Part shown: positions 53,093-64,000 of the stretch, piece after piece | Position numbering within the stretch: the stretch's first letter is position 1 | Layout: the number at the start of each line of letters is the position of its first letter | Source of the DNA: Paramecium tetraurelia | Taxonomy: Eukaryota | Assembly: GCA_000165425.1 (NCBI GenBank) | Contig: CT868670.1 | Span: 62,001 to 126,000, forward strand | Length of the DNA stretch: 64,000 nucleotides | Reading direction: 5' to 3' | Notes under the pieces: generated by a model | What the model saw: the letters and a program-made list of their open reading frames with translations, nothing else | Told to the model about the DNA's origin: nothing | The model's database searches: none | Made by a program: the position numbers and the translations under genes

Positions 53093-54657
53093 ATGTCTCT
53101 TTTACATTTAAAAACAATAAAAGAAGAAAGGCATTCATATGAAAATATAGATTTAAACCAGAATCTTTTGGATTAGGCTGAAAATGTATATTAATCGTGA
53201 TTAAGTAGAGGGAGTATGAACCTGATGAGAACGAATAATTTCTCCCAGAAGAATAAAAGGAATTGAGTGATGAGGATGTATAGGATTAATAACAGAAACA
53301 TGAAAATGTGAAGAGTTTTGTTGTTGGCACTGGAATGGATGGATTTCTACTTGAAGAAACATTTGGATTTGACGATAAGAAATAGAAGAATAATAAGCAA
53401 ATCAAGAGACTGACATTGAATACTCGACTTACATAGATAGTGGGTCTAAATAAATTGGCAGATGATGAAGAAGATGATCAATAACTTTATGAGAAAATTC
53501 CTTAGTATTTTGCTTGGGGCATTATTTTTTATGCATCAGTCAATAATGCCGTGATTCCTCCATGGATTATGACAATACCGGCTGAAAAGGTATGTATTAA
53601 TATTCAACAAAGTATTTGCGTATAGCATGGAGATTTTTATTATAAGGGATATTTCTCATCCCCTTTATCATGTACGAGTACAGGAGTGGGAATGAGAAAG
53701 TTAAGTCAGCATACACCTCTGAATTTCTGTTGAGATGGACTCACATGAGAAAAGTATATATGGCAAGTTTGACTACAACTGTAACTTTTGCTGTAGTTCT
53801 GTTTTGTTTTGATTATACGAATATCTCAAGTGTTAGTGTCCTGGCATCTCAGACTAATTTCTGGTTGTCAGTCTTTAGAAAAAAAGAAAATAACCACAAT
53901 TTCGAAGGAGGAGGCAAGATCATGTGTGTGGTAGGGTAGAATAATATATTATTAATAGATATCTTCTAATTTGTTTAGACTCATATATGTTGAACACTGA
54001 CACTATTCCTGAAACAGCCAAGTAATACATCAATCCTTTGTTGTACAACAGACCTATCTGGATGAGGATCATTATTGGAAACACCATACCAGTAATAGAT
54101 CAATTTATTCATTTAGTTTTTTGCATCTATAATTTTAGCTGAATTATCAAAAGCTAATCAAGATCTCAGAAATTTATTCCCACCTTTCTTAGCTAATTTC
54201 TGCGTTGCTTTTTTTGTTTGTCTAAATATGTGCATGGTCTCATTTTTTATGGATGGAACATCAATTAATTTTGATTCAAGATGGGGATGGTTTGGATTGT
54301 TTCAAAATGGAAAATTCATGGGCTTTTTGTACCACTATTATTTCTTATTCCATTAGTTACATGTCTACTATATTAAGCATTGGAGTATTCATCTCTTCTA
54401 TTTTAATCAGTAAGCTATTTGAACCTATTGTACCTGCCACTGCTGCCTTATTTGAGCCAGTCATTACAGCTATCCTATGTGAAATCTTTCATGTTCAATA
54501 TTACCCAAATGCTATCGCTTGTTTTGGATATGTATTTCTATTGCCAGGCTAATTTATTATTATTGTTGGACAACACATATTGAAGAAGTAATAAGAACAA
54601 GAACAAAAATAGAAACTAGAATAACAGTAGTAAATTCATGCTTCGAGAGCTCAATGA
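53093..54657 (+). CDS. Drug/metabolite transporter (DMT/EamA-like) multi-pass membrane protein, copy 2
   Basis: Paralogous motifs NNAVIPPWIMTIP, LRIAWRFLLQGIFLIP, SQTNFWLS, FEPIVPATAALFEPVITA. Confidence 0.75.
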
Positions 54658-54705
54658 TGTGCAAAATCAAATGTTAAATTTAATACTTGATTATTTTATT
54701 AATTA

Positions 54706-55276
54706 ATGAAGTTAAACAATAATATTTAACGAATAAATAATGTTCCTGTTCCAAAAAAGATTAATGACTCTATCACAAAGTTCTTAGTAACCTATTAGAC
54801 TTAAACCTAAGTTCTATTCATAGCAAAAGGAAAATGTACCTATGCAGAAGGATCTTCCAAAAGTGAATTTGATTAATAAATTGAATGAAGCCTCTAAAAT
54901 ACCTAAACCCTTACCAAAACCATAAGTATAAATTACTCAAAAGACTATATCCAAAGATATTTGGCACAAAAAGTCAATATCTATGAAAATGAAAAATGCT
55001 AATTTTAAGGATGGAAAAAGAATAGTCAGTGGATAACTGATCAAATACAAAAAAGGTGATTAGATCTACGCATTTCGATGCATAAAAGATACCATGAAAC
55101 AATGCAAATTAAGAGATATAAAATTAGATCATGATGTTGACACTGATGATGAATAAATTTTTATGGCCACCAAAAATATGTTTATGAGCTTATGTTAAAG
55201 CATTAAACGAGAATTATTCAACAATGACGATTATCAAAACGAGAACAAAATTATTATAGATGACGACTTCTTATGA
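54706..55276 (+). CDS. Hypothetical protein
   Basis: MKLNNNIQRINNVPVPKK...LDHDVDTDDEQIF...DDDFL*; one 25-nt intron. Confidence 0.65.
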
Positions 55277-55309
55277 TTTTATGATGTTCATAAACAACTG
55301 ATATACTAA

Positions 55310-56301
55310 TCAATTTATATCCCTAATAAATTTGGTTCTATAATCCATCCAATTCTTCTTACTCTTTTATATTATAAAATTATTACTAATTTTCGCATTA
55401 ACATATTATGAACAAATTGATTATAAAACTCACCAAATCGACAATCAGAAAATACAAAATATGGCACTCTTAAGAAATGCATCTGTAAACCGCAACTCCA
55501 ATTAACCAATAGATTATACAACATCCTCATCCATGAATTCCCAACCAGTAATACTCTGCTATTAGTTAAAATACTCAACAGTCCAGTTGGATTTGAAGAG
55601 TTATACTTTGCTACGTGTTATCTTTATTTTGAATAAGAATTTATCTTGCTCGCTTCTTTTATCATTAACTCGTCGATTTTTAGGAAATGCTAACCATTCG
55701 ATACTCCTCCTTCCCAAAAGACTATCAAGGGTCCACTTCTTTGCTTGTCTATCAGTTCCATTAATTCTCTTATATCTTTTCCACTTCTAAACATCTTAAA
55801 ACCACACTTTTCAATTTAGAATGAATCAATGATTGCCTAATAGTAACTTATTAATTGGTATCGCACTCTTCTCTTGTATAAGGAAACATGAGTAAATGAG
55901 GGAGAGAAGCTTAATAATAAAACTAAATTATACTAAGTAATAAGAGTAAAAACATCGATGGGAGAGGTCCTTGAACATAACAAGCTATATGATTGTAAAT
56001 TTTAAGGCTTCTAATTCTAAGCAGAATTTGAGAACATTGATTTGACATTATAGAATCCCATCAACAACAATAAAGCTCTTCCGATGAAGAAGTTGTGTAG
56101 CAATATTATGATTCTAATAAACTTATGAACACTTTGACGAAATTCTTGGTTTTGTAATTTTCTAAAGAGTAAGTCATTAAAGATTATTATTTGTAAAGTC
56201 AATCCTAAAAAGATTGGCAATCTTATTGATAAAAGTACGCACTCTAGTATTGTTTTGATTCTACTTCCTTTGGGTATAGCTTTGGGCAAGAAGGGATTCA
56301 T
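55310..56301 (-). CDS. Lysophospholipid acyltransferase-like protein (Loa1/Vps66/AUP1-like)
   Basis: N-terminal PFLP plus TM segment (LLSIRLPIFLGLTL), motif I-like CSRTSPIDVF..FSPSFT, motif III-like GPLIVFWEGGVSNG. Confidence 0.7.
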
Positions 56302-56379
56302 ATTTAAATTATCACATTTTTATTTACTATTTATAATAAATTTATATCAGTATTCAATAGTTTTTATATTACCAATATA

Positions 56380-58317
56380 TCATTTCTGTAATAAAGGAAG
56401 GGGAGACGAGAGACATCTTTAAGTGTTTAATCTTATTTCTTAATTGAAACTGTTGATTAAAGAATCTTTCTTTTGAGATTAGACCAATTGCCAATCTTCA
56501 TCTCTCTTAATGTACATTTGCGGATCGAATGAATGAATGGGCACTAAACTTAATCCAAGAGGTATCTGTCTGTAGAGAAAAAATTGAATCTTGTATTGTT
56601 ACTTTCCTATGTTTCGCATCGTCATTTTATCAAAAGGTCCTAGATTTCTGATTATCAACAAAGATATTGATATGTAAAGGTCCAATTGCCTTTTATCATT
56701 CTTTTTGATTTCTTCCAAAGTCATGGGATTGATGATGGGAAATTTGTCAATTTCAATCCTGGTGCCTTTAGGGACCTTAAAGTAAAAGGAAACATTCACA
56801 ATGTGTTAAGGTAAGAAAGATTGATCCAGATCTTCTTCTATTAGTATTGATATTTCATCTGAGTACTAGGACGAAAATATCATAAGATTTAGGAATAGTT
56901 GTTAGACCTACTTGATATCAGACCTCATGAATAGATCATTGACCTAAGATTGTATTTTGATTACTCTTGTTTTCAGTTTGGTGTTACTTCGATAATATTT
57001 CATTTTATCAACCAAACATTGGAGTAGGGAGATCAAATTAAATTTTAAGAGGGATAACTATTTGAGATCAGCATTGGCTGAGAAGTAATCTGAAATGTTG
57101 TAATATTTGTTTTAGGAGATGTACAATTGAGCGATGATGTAGTTAAGACACTTATTGATTTATTAAGATTAATTGCACTTTTTGAGAATTCCATTAAGAA
57201 GTATTAAAGACAATCTAATGTGGGTGTTAAAAATATCGGAAAAATAGTTCAATAACTTCAGGGTTGCTTTATTCTGTAATTTTAACTTATCTACAAATTA
57301 TTTTTTTTACTGTTCAGTAATTAATAATATTGCGCATGGTTGAGTATCAAAACATAACACAACTTTAATTACAAAGGATTCTTCTGAATTAAATCCAAAT
57401 AACACGTGCTAATAATCTAAATACTTGTTCTCATAGTTTTCTAATTTAAGCAATCTTTTTTTATCAGTAAACAAATAGAACAAGAATTATTCCAAATTCA
57501 TATCGATTGAATTTGTCCTAATATCCATTTGTTTTTTTATCTTTCGACCTTGACTGGCAACCATAGTTTTCCTTATAAATGCTTAGAAATTGTATTAATC
57601 TTCCTATTCATTAAATTTATCCACATTCTCCTATTATAATAAAATTTATCTTGAATTTTCAATGAAATTTACAATATAATATTTCATTTCTAAATTTTCT
57701 CTAATACTATTTTCTATCGTTAAGTGCTTGCAATATTGCATATATGTCATCCTCATCAATTATTATTAATATCTTGATTATTGGTAGTAGAGAATGATGT
57801 AAATAATGAACTTTACAACTTGAGACCATAAGGGCTCTTTGGGATTGGGGATCATAATCATAAAGAATATGTATATAAATAATAAAGTGAATGCCTTCTA
57901 GATAGAATCCATCATGTTTATAATCCTATAAATGCATATGAAATTATGTTACGTTAAACTAAGAATTGCCAGAAAATATCCATCAATAAATTAGTATCTC
58001 TCTGGATGTATTTACAAATATTGAGATGCTGCATAAAACATGTTGAATAACAAAATTCCAATAAGTAACAATATTTCATACGCTCTAATACATCTCTTCT
58101 GATATCTCAAACTTGTCAATACGATAATTCCCAATATAATATTCAGACAAAATGCAAACCAAGATGACTCAAAAACCTTTTCTATTGAGTAGTAGATAAT
58201 TAGAGGTATTAAAATGACTTTCTATATTAACTAGAATCTTAATCTGAACTTCTGTATGTACCTTTCATACTATTCTTCGAATTTCTCAGAGTTAAACTTC
58301 TATGATAATAATTGCAT
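56380..58317 (-). CDS. Multi-TM receptor with degenerate histidine-kinase (HisKA/HATPase-like) module, paralog A
   Basis: About 5-6 N-terminal TM segments; H-box-like FSDIFNTHIRLSL; N-box-like SDIKQVQQLFLNL; G2-like LDLYISISLLIIRNLGP. Confidence 0.7.
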
Positions 58318-58443
58318 TTTATAATATATATATAAGTTAATTTTGACAATGCTTAATGTTTTATATTTAGACAAACAATGATCTAAATATTAATATCAGA
58401 TATCAGATTTAAAATTTTATTAATTATTCAAAATTAAAGAATA

Positions 58444-60359
58444 TCATAATTCTCCAAAATTATCTAATTAAATTCTTGGACTCAAAGATAATAGATCGAA
58501 ATATGCTGCATGTTTCCCATGAATTGATGATCTCGCATTCAATATCAGGTAATTACTAGGATGCTAGGATTTCATAGGCATAAGATGAAAATCTTCGGAA
58601 AGTTCTCTGAAGATCAAAAACTCAATGCTGTTGACACCATTCTTATTTTGTTTAATGTGTATTTTATTCGTCGGCCCCAATTTTCTCACAATAACTATGG
58701 CCATTGGCAAGTTCAACTAATAGACCTACTCTGCATTATGTCTCAATTCCGACAGAGTAATTGGATTAATGAAGGGAAGTCCTTTTATTGCATCCTTACT
58801 GAAGCTTGTCCCTTTAAATTCTATCTTCACACGAAAGTATGGCTTCTTCAAAGAATACTCTTCTCCTTAATCCAATACAATCCCAATTTCCTGGCAATGC
58901 TCAGTCAGATAATATAGGAGATTCAGAAATAATTGCTTAAGCTGTTTTTGATCCTAGAAAACATTGTCTTTTTTTAGTTGATTTGTTATCGAATATGTAA
59001 ATTTCTTACTCTAATAAAAGTAATGTTATATTTCGATCAAAATATCTTCTAAGAAAGTAATAAAATTAAATTTTTAAATAATTGATCTTTAGAATGAAGT
59101 ATTAAGATTGAAAAAATCTTTGATGTTCTGAAAATCATTGTATGCCTTCGCTATTTTGCTTTATATTTTTTGGTATATACACAAATCCATATTATTATTG
59201 GACTTTACCTTTTGGTACTTGTGTATACCCCTAAAGTAGATCAGACTCATTTTCACTTGGGATTAGAATATTTCATCGATGGTTTCCATGACTTACTGAA
59301 ATATCTTATATCTCAATTTTAGTTCCTCTATAAATACGTCCTTCTTATTTTAAGAGATCAAAATTATTGCACTTGGCAATTAGTCAAAGTACTTAATAAT
59401 GGAAATATTGTAGTTCTCTTAGTTTTGTACTCCTTGCAACTTAATCAAGGAATCAACTTGGAATTTATTCATGTAGTCCTTCAACTTCTCTGGACAACTT
59501 ACAAAATAGAATAGAAATTTCTCGAGATTCATTTTAGCGTCCTATTTTATTTCTTCCTCTGATTTGTAGTGAGTTCGAGATTCCTAATCCTTTATGAGAA
59601 CCCTCATATTTCTAATCTGAGAAACAAATTGCTACTATTATTGAATTGTGATATTGTCTTCATTGTTATATGTAGTCAATAGCATTTAATTAGTATCTCT
59701 TTTGTAACTAACAATATAGAGTGTGATGCCACACAAGTTAACTAATTATTGCTCAGCCTTTTGATGCTTGGCCAGCTCTATATATTCTTATCTTTAAATT
59801 TACTCTGTTTTGTATAGATAGATCAGGTGTAGTGTTAAATACACCAAGAATATAATCATCTGTTCCCATATTTCCTCCATCAACATAGGTTGAAAGATTT
59901 GTAGCAGAATGTAAATTGAAACATGGATAAAGCATTTTTACATAAAACTTGCCTAATTCAATACTCTATTATATTATGCAAAATACATGATGTGGTTGCC
60001 AAGGCCAACATATACCCTTCGATGTAACTAATTTGATGAAGGGTTTCATTAAGTATTTTGTGTAATGATTTATAATAATTAAAGACCGTCATAAAGATAA
60101 TAATCGTGTTGTTGAGATAACGTTGTTCTTAGCGATCAATGTTTAATTTCACACTGATTATTAGCAATATCAAACCTATTCCACTGATACAAAGTGAAAT
60201 CCAAATTTATTTAAATGCACTTGAAATTAACACGTACAACAGCATTAAAATTACCAACGCCTACTGAAATTTTAACAATTATTAAGATAGTTCCTTTTTC
60301 CTATTTTAATATTTAGTTTCAATAACTTTATCTGCAAAGGAGAGTGATAAGAAATTCAT
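58444..60359 (-). CDS. Multi-TM receptor with degenerate histidine-kinase module, paralog B
   Basis: MNFLSLSFADKVIETKY plus TM segments (IEGYMLAL); H-box-like IDEIFQSQVKMSLIYF; LELPMAIVIVRKLGP..IEFLIFRE. Confidence 0.68.
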
Positions 60360-61089
60360 ATTATTTTCTTAATTTTATATTAATGTATAATTTTTCAAAT
60401 CAATATCATTATTATTCTTACTTTATTGCAGTTTATAAAATATTTACAAACCCCAAAGATTCCACTCACTTAATAATTATAATATATTTATAGTTATATT
60501 GCTTTCCATTTATGATTGATGTAATCTAAAATATAATATGATTTCAAAATATGTGATTTCACCCTCCTCTAAAAAGTGAATCAATTTTATTAAGTTGATA
60601 TATACTTAACATATGAAATTACTTCATTTATTTTATATTTCTTATAATAATGTAAAATTAAAAAGTAATTTTTTTCTATTTTTTCTAAAAATTATTTATT
60701 TGTATGTTTATAATAGGAGTATTTAATTAAGTGTTTGTGTATCTAATCCAAAAAAATGAATAAAAATTCACTTAAATTAAATGAAAGTCAAGATATATTG
60801 ATTTTATAAATAATATAAATCGTTTTGAGAAATTTAAGACTCTATTGAAATATATAAAGTTTATATTCATAATAATATTAATAAATTATTAAATAATAGT
60901 CATACCATCAATTACATATCTATACTTGACTTTTTATGAAATCAATCTTGGGTGAATCAATAAAATCGGAGAGTGGATAATGATTTGGATGCATTATTAA
61001 GACTTAAATGAAGTCAGAATTACTAAATAATAAGATTCTTATTTTAATATGAATCACTAAATATAGTATCAACAATAATAAATAAGTCA

Positions 61090-61803
61090 TCATTAAAAAA
61101 AATGAGTATTTTTTTATCTAAAGATTTTTGGATCAAATTTTACTTTTTTCTTTTACATCTTATTTGTATTTTGAGATTCGGTGTCATCCACTTCAACAAA
61201 ATTTGATTTTTACTTTAAACTCTATCCTCTTTTGTATAGTAATTATTTTTGATTTTTGTTTGCTGATTTTTTCTTCAAAATGCTTTTAATTGTATTCTAA
61301 TCTGAATCTTTCTATTTTTAAGAACAATCATCCTTCCATTCACATTTTTATTATTTGAAGTTACTTAAGCTTCTGCTAAATGATTTTCTTTTTTAAGTTG
61401 AACAGTTTAATTTCCCCTTATTCTTATCTTATGGTTGATGGTTTTCTTCTGTTGAATGTAGACATTGGATTTGATTTTAATTGTCTTTTTTGTTTACACT
61501 TTATTTGCATTGAGATTCTTATTAATTAAGAAGGGGTTGCTTTCCTTTCTAAGAATCCTGAAAATTACTATTGCTGTGGAATGTTGCGGTTTAATTGAAA
61601 TTAAAGTTGGCTTAAGGTTATTAAAGAATTGCTTCAAGCTCTTCTATGGATTCTGATTTTTCACCTAAACCGTATATTGGTTAGATGAGGAAATTTTATT
61701 TTGTTGGACATTATTGTATGAGCTATTACTTTACAATCATAGGAATCTAAAATTCGTTTTAATTGACTTGTTAATGTTTAAAGCAGCTTGAGGTTGATCC
61801 CAT
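61090..61803 (-). CDS. Low-complexity protein with MGSTSSC acylation motif plus SILK and KKVKF (RVxF) motifs
   Basis: Intronless code-6 ORF MGSTSSCFKH...TIKSILKKKS...MQKKKVKFDPKIFRQKNTHFFQ*. Confidence 0.78.
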
Positions 61804-62425
61804 AAGGAATAATTAAATAATTATACATTTATACTAGCTAATAAAGAATAATAAGGAATCAATTATTATTAAATAAAAAAGCTCAGGTTTTTTTATTTTA
61901 AATTGTTCTTCGGATGCATTATCTATTTCCTAATAAGATTGATTGAAATAGACATCAACTGATTTAAAAAAATCATAAGGATTTAGGTATAATATCGATA
62001 ATAATATCTAAGTAATTGATCAATTGTTTTATTGGATTATTAATTCTAAAGTGACTAGTAATATTAGAGATCCTGAATTCCTATAATATCATTTTCGATA
62101 GTAGTTAAATAATCTCTGATAATCCTTAAAATATTATAAAATATAGTAATTTACTTTACTAAGAATTAATGGATCCAAGAATTAATGTCATTAATCATGT
62201 TTAATGTATCTAAAATAAGAAATTAATTCCTGGCCAATTATGAAATAAATTCAACTTTCTGAGATTGATATCCTACTGATAGTTGATTATCCTTTAATGA
62301 AATTTTAACATCATAAATAATAAGTTAGAGAATACTTTCATTTTTTTTGACTTAGTATTAATATTATTATTAAAAAATGATAAATATTTAATTTATATTG
62401 TAATAAGCACTCACATATACTATAA

Positions 62426-64000
62426 TCATAAAAATTAAATGCTATCTCCAGGAGATTCAATTTAGATTGAAGTTGAAAATGAGTTTGCAATCCTTGAATA
62501 TTCTTATACTTTTATTTTGTCTGAAGGTTTCATCGATGTTATGGGGATTAACAAATAGTCTTCCGTAAGTTGTTGGAAAATGTAAAATTCTAAATAATTA
62601 GATTTTCGTTTTTATTAAATTAACTTCAACCTATCAAAAGGGCCCAATCTTCTAATCAAAATCAATGAAACTGCAAGATCCAAATCTAAAGGCACAGTAC
62701 TATTGTGCCTTAATTCTTATAAGGATTGCGGATTCAGAATAGGTAAACCATGAAGTTGATTCTTTGTTATATTCGGACCTTGGTAGAGTATTTTAATTCT
62801 AATTATGGGTGTTAATGAAAAATCTGTGGTTACTTCATCTAATATTACTTATATGGTCGATGACTTTTTGCTTGTGTAATTAATTAAATTATGGAGTAGT
62901 AATTTCGTGTACTTGTAGTCAGACATAATGCTATTGCTGCTTAAATTATTGATGACTTCGAATTGTTGGATATAACCCAAAGACTAAGGCTTCTGTTTAT
63001 TGTAGCCATCATAGAAGGCAAATACATCTTTGATTAATAGGATGAGATCAAATTATTTGATTCCGAGAGAGAGCATCTTTTATAAGGTAAATGTCTCCAA
63101 ATTAAGAAAATCTGTATATCCTTTATTTAAACTATAATTAATCATTTATAATGTCTTGTTTATTAGCTATGCATCTGTTTGCTTATTGGCAAAATTTTTT
63201 ATCCATTTAAAATAGATGAGAGATTTTTTAATTTATTTATCAAAAATTTATTGTATGTAATGAAGTTGTTTTGAATTGTTCCTCATTCTCAATCTCATCT
63301 CTTCCTCCTGTGTTTCAGATTTGCTCTCCTTCATCAATAGGACAGTTACAGGCTTTACGTCAAAACTCCTAAAAATGCTTAAAGCGAACACTTATTCTTA
63401 ATAAAATCCATAAATCTGAATATCTTATTTGATTTTAGAGGGAGTATCATTAATATCTGAATTTGATTCTTGGGTATAATAAACGAGAAATTACTTGAGG
63501 GTTTGTTTTTTTGGGGAAAGTAAATTATCAACCGAAATTATTTCAGCAACCCTTGATTTTTAAATGTGCATAGACAGTTGCATATTGAGGACCATCTTGA
63601 GGAACTCCTCCTAATCTTCCTTAAGTATTCTTTTGCTGTTATTCTTCTCAATCAAAATCAATGATTTCCTTTCATCATATTTAACTGAGTAGCTTTATAC
63701 ATCTTTGAATTTTGAGATTTTGTTCAAATATTATTGGCATTTCTGATAATCCAAGAAGGTAGTTCTCAATAGCCTTTCAAATTAATACATAAATTAAACG
63801 TATAAGACGACATACAACAAATATCGAAAGTACGTATCAATATTGATATCCGAATGTCGAACTCCGAAGATAAGATGCAAAGTTACTGTAATTATAAGCA
63901 AAAGGGCGCGTTTCATAAAATTCATCAGGTTTAACAAACTTAATAAAGTCAGGAAATTCAGTACCTCGCAAAAGTGAAAGAAATAAAAAATGTTTCAGTG
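62426..64000 (-). CDS. Multi-TM receptor with degenerate histidine-kinase module, paralog C (5' end beyond the window)
   Basis: TM segments at the window edge; H-box-like IQQIFDKQIKKSLIYF; N-box-like SDYKYTKLLLHNL; LPILNPQSLQELRHNS..LDLDLAVSLILIRRLGPFDR..LEFYIF. Confidence 0.7.

Overview
AT-rich, gene-dense eukaryotic DNA that reads as ciliate macronuclear sequence, most likely Paramecium. TAA/TAG encode Gln (translation table 6), TGA is the only stop, genes carry tiny (about 20-30 nt) GT..AG introns, and many intergenic spacers are under 60 bp. The supplied standard-code ORF track is therefore fragmentary, and all gene models below were re-translated by hand (boundaries may be off by a few nt; internal exon structure is partly inferred). 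About 38 genes or pseudogenes are supported. They include GSK3, CK1, cyclin Y, PP4R4, an insulysin, ABCF3/GCN20, gpmA, an RS2Z-type SR protein, an A20/AN1 zinc finger, an ankyrin-bromodomain protein, a Myb factor, two tandem DMT transporters and a Cys-rich surface protein. The most notable observations are: (1) an Amt-family transporter in which essentially every canonical ammonium-pore residue (twin His, Phe gate, W148, S219) is replaced; (2) three paralogous multi-TM receptors with degenerate histidine-kinase modules; (3) an IFT46-derived protein with a duplicated N-terminal module; (4) two unlinked MG..C/SILK/KVxF candidate membrane-anchored PP1 adaptors; (5) two recently decayed pseudogenes (RPS18 and a cNMP-domain channel tail). 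No rRNA, tRNA, telomeric repeat, CRISPR array or transposon was recognised.
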